Source: an uncultured delta proteobacterium (GTDB taxonomy: Bacteria > Desulfobacterota > Desulfobacteria > Desulfobacterales > JAFDCJ01). From it: a DNA stretch of 64,000 nucleotides. Below the pieces are notes generated by a model, which did not search any database, was not told where the DNA came from, and worked only from the letters and a program-made list of their open reading frames with translations. Positions 1-9,814 of the stretch are shown in pieces (within the stretch, counting starts at the first letter, position 1; every line of letters starts with the position of its first letter). The translations under genes were made by a program, and so were the position numbers. Location of the stretch: NCBI GenBank assembly GCA_963769935.1, contig CAVYNY010000008.1, positions 1 to 64,000 of the forward strand, in the 5' to 3' direction.

Positions 1-1040
1 ATATCTGTTGGTGAGGCAATAGCTGGAGCTTTAGAGACAGCTCACTTAAAAGGGGTAATTCACCGAGACGTAAAACCATCGAATGTATTTATCCCGAAGG
101 AAAACGGAGATCTCAAATTCAATAATCCTTCTTTGATTGATTTCGGTGTTGTTGGTGTTATTCAACCAGATACACGGACTACAGTAGCTGGAGAAATCTA
201 CGGAACTCCACTATATATGTCACCAGAGAAAGTTCTTAGAAAAGAACAGTCAGTTGCAGCCGATATATACGGTTTAGGCGCTTTGCTTTATCATGCCATA
301 TTTGGAGAACCACCATTTCAGGGAGACTCATCACATCAAATCATTTTCGACATAATTCAAAAACCTGTCCAAATACCCACAATACCTCAAATACCTGATA
401 ATCTTCGTAGATTTCTTAAAGGATGTCTTGAAAAGCAGCCAGAACTCCGACCCAAATTTCCCACAGCAGAAATCCAAGCAATTATTTCAGACCTTATCTA
501 TGCCGAGGAGACCATCCAAGCCACCAGATTAAAGCGGCTCTCAGTTGGGAAAGATGAACAAGAAATGCCCAAAAATAGATCTTTCCCTGTGCTGCGCACC
601 ACATTTATCGCATTCTTAGTGTTGTTTGGGTATATTAATTAATATGTTTCTTTATTTTAGTGTGGTCTCCAGTTGGCATAAGCCTTCCGAAATTGAATTT
701 CAAATTTCTGAGTGGAGTCGGGGTCGGTATTATTTTGGGAATTGGAGGAATTATTCTTGGTTTCATAGTCAGCTTCTGGATAAATCGCAAGAAAACGGGA
801 CTGCATGAAGATACAGAGAGTTTCTTAGCTGGTGCGAGGGATCGTGATTTTTTATCGAAAAGTCTTGCTATTGATGATAAAAAGGCTGCGCTTCTGACCG
901 CTATTTAAATCTTTGAAAAGCTGATGCAACGTATGACACCTTGGTGGGTCCGCTATGAAAAGCTAATTGCAATTTTAGTTTCCATTGTAGGCATCATTTC
1001 TGGTATAGCCAAAGTATTAGAGACTATACTAAAAAATCCT
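1..1040 (+). pseudogene. Ser/Thr protein kinase (Hanks-type) with C-terminal TM segments; 5' end off-window, C-terminal part split by frameshift/stop
   Basis: Frame +1 from base 1 reads HRDVKPSN..DFG..GTPLYMSPE..DIYGLG; hydrophobic continuation in ORFs 660-908 and 924 onward; 3' end approximate. Confidence 0.75.
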
Positions 1041-1843
1041 TTTAATCTTTTTCCGGCATCTCGGTTAAAGATAGCATCCGGACACAGGTTTATAAGTGCC
1101 ATCGACCGCCCACCTGCAAGATCCCAAGCGATCCGCCAATTACGAGCAAGTTCATAATAGCCAGACTTTTGGACGCCTGCAATGTCAACAAAGGCGCTGC
1201 TGCCGTTAATATATTTATCCCATTTAGGACTTTTTTCATCCAGTGTGTCGTTTGGTGAGCAGTATTTGACCTCGATTAAAACCACACCTATATCGCCAAA
1301 ATCAAACATGACATCGGGTTCTGAATATTTTTGAGGGGACTCCCCTATTTGATTTAAAACCGTTATCAAATTTTTCTGGACATTAATTCCATGTCGATCA
1401 CCACCAGGCACCGGGACGCCCCATAATAACATCGTTGGTGCCATGTCAGTTGAAATTAACCAGTCGACCCCTGCTCTTTTAATGGACTCGCATAAAATTC
1501 CTCTCAGCTTTAAATAGTTAAAGGCGGTCCAGGTTACGGAATCTTCTGAGGTTTCGAAGGCAAACTTTTTCAGCTTGTTTTCTCTGTTAATTTTATTCAG
1601 TGCGTTTGAAACTGTTTCCAAGGCGCCATTGTGCACTTCAGGGGGTATGTTGTCGAGCGGGTCACGATAAATTTTAACAACGCTGTCCGGATTTTGTGCA
1701 TTGGAGTAACCAATCCCGCAATGATCGCAGCGTCGAAGGCAGGTGTCGAAGCTGGCTGCGGGAGGAGCACCACCCCTTGAGTTTGGGGTGTATTTGTTGG
1801 ACTGAATTACATCACCGCATATGTGGCATTTAATATTGGGCAA
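953..1843 (-). CDS. Hypothetical protein with Zn-ribbon-like CxxC pairs and PD-(D/E)XK nuclease-like motif
   Basis: CHIC and CDHC pairs; SEPDVMF...LIEVKY; 5' end abuts istA truncation. Confidence 0.55.
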   Translation of the reverse strand: MPNIKCHICGDVIQSNKYTPNSRGGAPPAASFDTCLRRCDHCGIGYSNAQNPDSVVKIYRDPLDNIPPEVHNGALETVSNALNKINRENKLKKFAFETSEDSVTWTAFNYLKLRGILCESIKRAGVDWLISTDMAPTMLLWGVPVPGGDRHGINVQKNLITVLNQIGESPQKYSEPDVMFDFGDIGVVLIEVKYCSPNDTLDEKSPKWDKYINGSSAFVDIAGVQKSGYYELARNWRIAWDLAGGRSMALINLCPDAIFNRDAGKRLKGFFSIVSNTLAIPEMMPTMETKIAISFS

Positions 1844-1848
1844 CCCGA

Positions 1849-2598
1849 GGTCTCGATATCCCGGATTTTAACATCCTCAACCCGGCGGTCATTCACTGGC
1901 TTAACACCGTGGCAAACATTCGACTTCACGGCGAAACCGGTCAAAGGCCAGTGGACAGGTTGCCGCGAGAACGTGAATCTATGACGCCATTGCCGCCATA
2001 CGCTTACGACATTGCCACCATCGACCAGGTCAGGGCTTCCCGACAGTTCCGGGTGCCGGTCGATGGCAACCGCTACAGTGTGCCGGCAGAATATGCCGGT
2101 GCTGCGCTCACACTAAAGGCATACCCGGATCGGCTTTGTATTTATCATCAGCAAAAACTGATTGCCCGCCATGTACGCAGCTATGACAGGCGAAAGGATT
2201 TTGAACTGCCCGATCACCCCAAAGCGCTTCTGGCTCAACGCAGAAAAGCCAGGGATCAGAAAATTTTCATGCGCTTTTTATCCCTGTCCGATAAGGCCGA
2301 CGCTTACTACCGGCAACTTGAACAGCGTCGCATGAACCCGCTTCACCATATCCGACAAATTGTTGCCTTGAGTGAAATCTATGGCGAACAATCCCTGCAA
2401 AGGGCCATCGAGGATGCTTTTGCCTTTCAGGCGTTTTCTTGCGAATACATCGCCAATCTGCTCGAACAGCGCACCCGCAAACTGCCTGAAGCCGGTGCCT
2501 TGCATCTTACACGCAGACAGGACCTGCTGGAAATTACGGTCGAAAAACCGGATATGGAAATCTACAACAAATCTTTAAAAAATGAGGAGAAATCATAA
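1849..2598 (+). pseudogene. istA: IS21 transposase IstA, C-terminal fragment
   Basis: WLNTVANIRLHGETGQRP and VDGNRYSVP motifs; N-terminal/DDE region missing. Confidence 0.85.
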
Positions 2599-3353
2599 TG
2601 ACAACAACCGACAATACGAAAAATGAGCTTGATGAAAAGCTCGGCTACCTCAAGCTATCCTATATGCGCGAAAATTATGAATCCCTGGCAAAAACGGCCG
2701 CACAAAAACAATGGACGCATGTGAATTACTTAACCGAGCTGGCCATCGCTGAAGCCAATCTGCGAGCCGATCGGGCTACCAAACGACGTATCCGCACCGC
2801 GCAATTTACCCAGATCAAAACACTGGAACAGTTCAAGTGGTCATGGCCCCAAAAAATCAACCAGCATCAAGTAAAAAACCTGTTCAGGCTCAAGTTCATC
2901 GATGAAAAAAGCAATGTGATTTTCCTTGGCGGCGTGGGATTGGGAAAAACGCACCTGGCCACGGCGCTCGGCTACCATGCCTGCCTACAGGGTCACAGCG
3001 TACTGTTCTGCTCTGCGGTGGATGTTATCAATAACCTGGCAGCTGCACAATCAGCCGGACGTCTAAAACAGGAATTGAAAAAATATCGTAAACCGGCATT
3101 GGTGATATTGGATGAACTTGGCTATTTGCCGATCGACAAAACCGGAGCGGATCTACTCTTCCAGATAATCAGCCAACGCTATGAACAAGGATCTTTGATC
3201 ATCACCACAAATCGTGCCTTCAAGCACTGGCCGGAAATCTTTAACAACGACACCACCCTGACTTCAGCATTGCTTGACCGGCTGCTACACCATACTGAAA
3301 CTGTGGTCATCGAGGGAAAAAGTTATCGGATGAAAGAAATTATCGAAAATTGA
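2598..3353 (+). CDS. istB: IS21 helper ATPase IstB
   Basis: GGVGLGKTHLA Walker A, LVILDELGY Walker B, ITTN, LLDRLLHH, GKSYR. Confidence 0.95.
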   Translation: MTTTDNTKNELDEKLGYLKLSYMRENYESLAKTAAQKQWTHVNYLTELAIAEANLRADRATKRRIRTAQFTQIKTLEQFKWSWPQKINQHQVKNLFRLKFIDEKSNVIFLGGVGLGKTHLATALGYHACLQGHSVLFCSAVDVINNLAAAQSAGRLKQELKKYRKPALVILDELGYLPIDKTGADLLFQIISQRYEQGSLIITTNRAFKHWPEIFNNDTTLTSALLDRLLHHTETVVIEGKSYRMKEIIEN

Positions 3354-3462
3354 TGCGCTGGTCGCCGGAGACAAATTAGCTCTGGCGGCCTACTTTTATC
3401 GGCCCGAAAAGATCACATTTTTAAACCGCCACTTCTATGACATTTTTACGGCGCCGCTAACA

Positions 3463-3968
3463 CTGTGCTGAGATGAGAACTCATTGTTTGGAAGTTGCTT
3501 TACCGCGTTTATTCTTTACTCCATCTTTGCGACGGGGACTTCCACCAACGAACATTTCATCCAATTCAACCACACCGGTTAAAAGACCTACGTCGGATTG
3601 CCTTTGATCCATCATTTTTCGGATAGCATGTCCGATTTTCCAGGCCTTTGGTTGAGTAACTCCGATCCACCGTTCCAAAACAACCGAGGATTTGGCATTG
3701 CTGGACCTGACAATCAGATACATCGCCTCCACCCACTTCCACAGCGAAGTTTGGTGCTGTGAAGCGGTGTTTTTTTAGTGACGGTGAACTGGCGTTTACA
3801 TTTTTTACATTCATAACGATCCGGTCGTATACTGTTGCCGTTGATAAGATAAGAGACTTCGTAGCTGCAATGCGGACAGATCCGACCATTTGGCCAACGA
3901 GTGTCTTCAAAAAATTGACGACATGAATTTTCATCCGGAAATTGTTGTCTTAATTGATCGATATCCAT
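3463..3968 (-). pseudogene. IS1595-family transposase, frameshifted and truncated by IS21
   Basis: RWPNGRICPHC..YECKKC zinc ribbon, FTVTKKTPLH, VELDEMFVGG; frameshift ~3730, stop at 3481. Confidence 0.85.
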
Positions 3969-4148
3969 AAGATCACCTTTCGATTTTTGTTTTTAGGAGA
4001 TCTTGCACCATGGCTGTGACAGATACGGTCACACTAACCTTAAATATGCAGATAGGCTGGTTTTTTCCATACCTATTATCAACCGTATTCAGCCTTTATG
4101 ACATATTTTCAATATTTCTTAAGTATTGGTTAATATTGCCGATAAAAA

Positions 4149-4202
4149 ATGTATATATTTTCTGTTTAAAAACGCATGTATATATTTTCTGTTTAAAAAC
4201 GC
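4149..4202. repeat. Perfect 27-bp tandem duplication ATGTATATATTTTCTGTTTAAAAACGC x2
   Basis: 4149-4175 identical to 4176-4202. Confidence 0.95.
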
Positions 4203-4334
4203 TATTGATTTTACTATTCAATATGAATTTCAGTCACTTATAGAGAAAGACAATCCAAATTTGCCATTGAATCATTAAAAGCAATTCGCTTATTCCAACT
4301 CTTTAATAAAACATGCCGAGGGAACCAAAATAAA

Positions 4335-6269
4335 ATGAGTTTGCAAATCGATGTAGAACCAAAATCTGAAAACTTACATAACGGTGCACCTAATCTTGAA
4401 GCGAATCCTTCTGGATATGGTAGTGAACTCGTAGAATGCTTTTTAAAAGCAGGAATCCTAACCCCTAAACAAGTTCAGCATGCCCAACGCGTTTCATCTA
4501 AGATAGAGACCTCTAAGCCTCTTACAAAAATATTAAAAGAACTCAATTTCATAACACATGATCAAATTATAGATGCATTACAAAATAAACCCATCTCCAT
4601 GCCGCTGGGTAAACTTCTGGTTGAATTAGGCCATCTTCGTCAGACAGAGCTGCAACTTGCAATTGATATTCAGACAAGTGAAAATTCAAAACGCGAAATT
4701 GAAAGAATCCTGATCGAGCAAGGGTTCATAGACGAGAAGACCTTGATGGAAACGAGAGCCCTTAAACTTGGCATTCCCTATATCGAACCGGCTTTCTCTG
4801 AAATAGATCGAACGCTTTTTTCCATGGCTCCAATTAATTGGTATTTAAAACATAATTTGATCCCGGTGCGCCGGGAAGGGCAAAAAATCCTTGTGGCCTC
4901 TGCTAACCCTGACAACAAGCAAGATTTGGAGGCTGCCAAACAGATTTATGGTACTAACTTTTTGCAGGCCATCACCACCAAGGCCCTCCTGGAAAAAGTA
5001 ATAGAATGGGTGCGGCGCGGAAATAAAACTGGAGGAACGGCATCTTCTAACGAAAGTTTTGCGGTGAATCTGGTTGATAAAATCATTTTGGCGGCGATAA
5101 AGAGAAATGCCAGCGACATACACATGGAACCTGCCAGTGATAAGTTGCGGGTTCGTTTTCGCCAGGATGGTGTGCTGGTTCATTTCGAGGATTTTCCGAA
5201 AGAAGCTATTCCCTCCCTGACCAGTCGCATTAAAGTTATGTGTAATGTCGATATTACAGAAAAAAGAAGACATCAAGGAGGCCGAATACTTTTCGAGTAC
5301 CCAGAAGGGGACCTTGATCTACGTGTTTCGTTTTATGTGTCTATCCACGGTGAGAAGATAGTTATTCGCCTGCTGAATCGACAGGGTCAACTATTAAAGA
5401 TCGAGGAAGTTGGAATGTCTGAGCAGATATTGGAGCGCTTTAAAAAAGATGCTCTATTTAAGCCGAGCGGTGTAATTCTAATCACAGGTCCCACCGGATC
5501 AGGGAAGACCACAACAGTTTATAGCTGCATCCATACTATCAATGATCCCAAAACAAGTATAATCACTGCTGAGGAACCCGTTGAGTATGTTATCGATGGG
5601 ATCACCCAATGCTCCATTAATCCAAAGATTAATCTCACCTTTGAAGAAACCCTGCGTCACATTGTCCGCCAAGACCCGGATGTGATCGTAATAGGTGAAA
5701 TTCGAGATAATTTTTCAGCTGAAGTCGCAGTTCAGGCCGCTTTAACAGGACATAAAGTGCTGACCACATTTCATACTGAGGACAGTATCGGTGGTTTAGT
5801 TCGTTTGTTAAAGATGAACATTGAAGCGTTTTTAATTTCCTCGACGGTTGTTAGTGTGTTGGCCCAACGATTGGTGCGAAAAGTATGTACAAATTGCAGT
5901 GAGCCATATAAGCCGTCTTCTGCTGAACTCCAAAATTTAGGTTATACGGTAGACGATATTTTCGATATGCCATTTCAGAAAGGCCGCGGCTGCTCCTTAT
6001 GTCAACATACAGGTTACAAAGGGCGTGTTGGAATCTTTGAGCTACTCGTTCTTGATGAGTTTGTTCGCAATGCCATTATTGAACTGAAAACAAGCCAGGA
6101 AATCCGTCGTATAAGCATTGAATCAACGGGCCTTCTAACCTTGTTCGAAGATGGAATTTTTAAAGCTGCATCCGGAATTACTACTATCGATGAGGTTCTG
6201 CGGTGCCTTCCCCAACTCGAAAAACCCAGGCCTTTGCATGAATTGCGAAGATATTTAGGAGGAAAATAA
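4335..6269 (+). CDS. GspE/PilB family secretion ATPase with MshEN-like N-terminus
   Basis: ASDIHMEP, GPTGSGKTTT, EEPVEY, RQDPDVIVIGEIRD, TGH, tetracysteine motif, GYKGR. Confidence 0.92.
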   Translation: MSLQIDVEPKSENLHNGAPNLEANPSGYGSELVECFLKAGILTPKQVQHAQRVSSKIETSKPLTKILKELNFITHDQIIDALQNKPISMPLGKLLVELGHLRQTELQLAIDIQTSENSKREIERILIEQGFIDEKTLMETRALKLGIPYIEPAFSEIDRTLFSMAPINWYLKHNLIPVRREGQKILVASANPDNKQDLEAAKQIYGTNFLQAITTKALLEKVIEWVRRGNKTGGTASSNESFAVNLVDKIILAAIKRNASDIHMEPASDKLRVRFRQDGVLVHFEDFPKEAIPSLTSRIKVMCNVDITEKRRHQGGRILFEYPEGDLDLRVSFYVSIHGEKIVIRLLNRQGQLLKIEEVGMSEQILERFKKDALFKPSGVILITGPTGSGKTTTVYSCIHTINDPKTSIITAEEPVEYVIDGITQCSINPKINLTFEETLRHIVRQDPDVIVIGEIRDNFSAEVAVQAALTGHKVLTTFHTEDSIGGLVRLLKMNIEAFLISSTVVSVLAQRLVRKVCTNCSEPYKPSSAELQNLGYTVDDIFDMPFQKGRGCSLCQHTGYKGRVGIFELLVLDEFVRNAIIELKTSQEIRRISIESTGLLTLFEDGIFKAASGITTIDEVLRCLPQLEKPRPLHELRRYLGGK

Positions 6270-7111
6270 TGGCCGATCAGATCTCTTTTGCTGAAATAGT
6301 GAATTCACAGCTAAGCTCTGAAAGAGCTCAGCTGCCTGTATTTAATAAGACAGCCATGCGAATACAGAACGAGATCGCCAAAAAGGATCCTGATGTAAAT
6401 CTAATCGAAAAACTAATTGTAAGTGATCAGGCACTAACGGGTGAAGTTTTAAAAGTCTCTAATTCTTCTTTTTACAAAGGCCTACAAGAGATAACAACCA
6501 TTCACCAGGCCGTGATACGTTTAGGGATAAATGAAGTTTCCAATATCACGGCACTTGTTACCCACAAAAATCATTTTCGTTCCAACGATTCAATTCTAAA
6601 TGATATTATGCGAGATCTCTGGCGACATTCTGTGGGATGTGCTATCGGGTCACATTGGTTAGCGGTCCATGGCGGCCTGCAGAGGATTAAACATGAATCT
6701 TTTTTTGCAGGCCTTCTCCATGATGTCGGAAAGCTTCATATCCTAAAGATCGCTGATAATCTGAAAAAAAATAACGGAACCGGCATTCAAGTTTCCAATG
6801 CTCTATTAACCGAGGCGATGGACAGCTTGCATACCGAATGCGGATATAGGCTAATGCATCACTGGAACTTACCTGGAAAATATTGTGAAATAGCCAGAGA
6901 CCATCACACAGATGATCTTGATTCCAAAAACTTATTACTGGCGCTGGTAAGAATGGCAGACAAAGCATGCTATAAACTGAGCATTGGTATGAGGAAAGAA
7001 CCGTCATTGGTCCTTTATGCAACACCTGAATCCGAGGTGTTACGTTTGTCTGAAGTGGATCTGGCGAATCTCGAGATATTCTTAGAAGACTCTCACGTCT
7101 TCGAGCGATAA
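6269..7111 (+). CDS. HDOD domain protein
   Basis: LPVF..DQALT..SNSSFY..LWRHS..GLLHDVGK..HH. Confidence 0.9.
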   Translation: MADQISFAEIVNSQLSSERAQLPVFNKTAMRIQNEIAKKDPDVNLIEKLIVSDQALTGEVLKVSNSSFYKGLQEITTIHQAVIRLGINEVSNITALVTHKNHFRSNDSILNDIMRDLWRHSVGCAIGSHWLAVHGGLQRIKHESFFAGLLHDVGKLHILKIADNLKKNNGTGIQVSNALLTEAMDSLHTECGYRLMHHWNLPGKYCEIARDHHTDDLDSKNLLLALVRMADKACYKLSIGMRKEPSLVLYATPESEVLRLSEVDLANLEIFLEDSHVFER

Positions 7112-7174
7112 ATAATCATGATCTATTGCTAAAATTCAGATTCTCAAGAATTTTTAAACTTAAGAGTATTTTAA

Positions 7175-7972
7175 ATGAGCAATAATAAGATTCTAGTTGT
7201 AGATGATGAAGCTTCTATTCGGAATATGCTAAAAATGGCGTTGAATAGAATCGGATATGAAGTGCGGATAGCAAAAGGAGCTGAGGAAGCCCTTGAAATT
7301 TTAGAACAAGACCAAATTCCGGTCATATTCATCGATTTAGGTTTAGATACAATGGATGGATTTGAATTATGTGAACTGGTTCGAAAAGATGATCCTGAAG
7401 CTATGATTTACGCATTGTCTGGCCATGCTGGCCTATTTGACCCGAAGGATTTTATAGATGCGGGGTTTGATGGGTATGAGACAAAGCCTATTGAAATCGA
7501 AAAACTATATAAAATAGTAAAAGAATCTTTTGAACGGATCGATCAATTGGCTAAAAAATCAACGGTTAAAGTGATCAAACAAATCCTGATAATTGATGAT
7601 GACGATCAACTCCGAAGGATGCTTAGGAGAATGTTAGAACATGATGGTTATACGGTTTCAGAGGCATCGAGCGGAGAGGAAGGATGTATACGTTATTCTG
7701 AGCAACCTGCAGATTTGATTATAACTGATCTTGTCATGCCAGGTAAAAGTGGCATCGAAACTGCTATGGATATAAAGGAAGAATACCCTGATGCGAAATT
7801 TATTATAATGTCTGGTTGCGATTGGTATGGTATCGATGCTGAGTTTGAAGTAGCTAAATCACTGGGTGCGCTCACTATAAAAAAGCCATTTGAGAAAAAG
7901 AATATGCTAACGGCCATTAAGCAAATGCAAAATTTGATTTTATTCAGCATGTGCATTTTTTATATTTCTTAA
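7175..7972 (+). CDS. Tandem receiver-domain response regulator
   Basis: ILVVDDE..IDL..DG..KP and ILIIDDD..TDLVMP..KP. Confidence 0.88.
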   Translation: MSNNKILVVDDEASIRNMLKMALNRIGYEVRIAKGAEEALEILEQDQIPVIFIDLGLDTMDGFELCELVRKDDPEAMIYALSGHAGLFDPKDFIDAGFDGYETKPIEIEKLYKIVKESFERIDQLAKKSTVKVIKQILIIDDDDQLRRMLRRMLEHDGYTVSEASSGEEGCIRYSEQPADLIITDLVMPGKSGIETAMDIKEEYPDAKFIIMSGCDWYGIDAEFEVAKSLGALTIKKPFEKKNMLTAIKQMQNLILFSMCIFYIS

Positions 7973-8032
7973 CTTGATGTAGGTATTGCAGTATCAAAAA
8001 ATAGGAAATTATTTTACCGCCCCCAAAATAAT

Positions 8033-8911
8033 TTAGTCAAATCTTAGGGTTCCAGATAATTCTTTTATCCAGTTACGAGTTTTTTCAGCAAATTTTTCAT
8101 ATTCTTCTAACTTAATTCCCAATCGGCTAAGCACTATAGAGGATGGCATAATTAATTGTTCATCACCTGAATCACCAGTAACATTTAGTTGACACACGAT
8201 GTTTGATAGATAAACCATATCTGATTTTGTGGTTGAATTATTTATACGTTTTGGAGTGTGGTGCCAACGAACCGCATTTACAATATAATCAGGAAATGAC
8301 CATCGGGCGAGAATCATTGCCCCTATTTCAGCATGATCAGTTCCTAAAACCATATGCTCGGCTAAATCCAAAGGCACGCCTTGCGCAGTTATTCGTTTGA
8401 TGTTTTGCTGCTCTTTTTTCACGAATTGGCCCAATATCAATTTTCCCATAGCATGGAGCAGCGCTGGAGTGAAAACATCATTCGTTTCAGCCAATTTCTT
8501 TTCTATTGCTAATGCTTCTGCGGTATTTGATACTGCAATTGAGTGGAGCCAAAGTTCTCCAGGAGATAGATCCTAGCCTTCGACAGCCTTATCCATAGAT
8601 TTGCTCATACTGGCACTGACTGCAATTTGAGCAAACCGCTTGACCCCCAACAACATCACTGCGTGTTTCAAATTCCCAACCTTTTTGCGGAGCCCAAAAA
8701 AAGCAGAATTTGCCAATCTGAGAACATTGGTCGCAAGCCCCGGATCATGACGTAGGATTGCTTCTATTTCATCCACCGAAACGTCTTCTTCTGCAAGAAG
8801 TGCCCTAAGCTTAATCCCTGACCGAGGCATACTGGGAAAAGATGCAACCTTCATCATGATTTCGTCCGGTAGATCATTTCCTAAAGCTTTTTTTTCTTCT
8901 GATATTTCCAT
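8033..8911 (-). pseudogene. HDOD domain protein interrupted by in-frame TAG at 8573-8575
   Basis: ORFs 8573-8911 and 8033-8494 are in the same frame: AVEG*DLSPGELWLHS; HD motif altered to LLHAMGK. Confidence 0.8.
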
Positions 8912-9814
8912 TGAACCATCTCTAAATTTTATCAGATAATTTTCAATATAGATTAGTAACGATCTATCCTTATCCTAATATCGGGACCTTAAAGCAGTGT
9001 CCCATATTTGGAGTTGTAGGTTTTTATTATATCATATATGCGAAGAATTTCAATTTGGGGGATGATATTCAGTGCTCAACGATAGGCAATTTTCATCTCT
9101 TAGCGGGAAACGCCAATTCTTGATTAAGATTAGTAGGTAATTTGATATTTACGAAAGCCTTTGCACATTTTTAAAATCAAAGGTTACAAACTCGAATATA
9201 AATTAAAAATAACAAATTCAGAATGCTATGCTATTAAAAGTCTGAAAAGAATTTTACTGAAAGAAGAAATCAGAATTTTTTATATCCACGATTCGATTAA
9301 AACTAAAGGTTTGAAATTGATATCGCAAGGATTTTATAAATCATTGTAAGGTCTTTTACAGCTGTCGTGATTTAAAGTTAAAATTATAGCATAAATTTAA
9401 ATCTTATGCAGATTGGCCAATCACGAACCCATTCTTTTTTCAGTCTCAATTAATTGTGGATATCGTGCCTGAATCGAATTCTGATAGTAATCCGATCCAA
9501 TGTTATATTTGTTCAGCAAAACATTAACCTTCTCGAAAAATTGTTAAAAATTTGAATATGAATCGAATAAATTGAATTTGGCTTCGGGGTTCATCGACCG
9601 GAGAATCTACACTTTCGGTTTAGGTATGAAGTTATAGTTTACATATGCGGCCGGGTCCAGAATAGCGGATGCTGAGCCGGGTCTTCAATTTACTCTTGGA
9701 AAATATTGAGCCTTTGGGTGTACGGCCGACGCACGCGTTTGTCGCGCATCCGGCGGTCAATCGAACTCCTATTTGCCTCTTTAAACCTATACTGACGAGC
9801 TTGCAAGCCGGGCT

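Larger units (their letters stand above)
1849..3462 (+). mobile_element. IS21-family element, left part deleted
   Basis: istA C-terminal part plus intact istB; right end with repeated (C/G)ACATTTTTA..CGCC motifs ending GCTAACA at 3462. Confidence 0.85.

Noticed and set aside
4010..4243. 77-aa hydrophobic ORF
   Set aside because: AT-rich intergenic sequence spanning an IS end and the 27-bp duplication; no coding support
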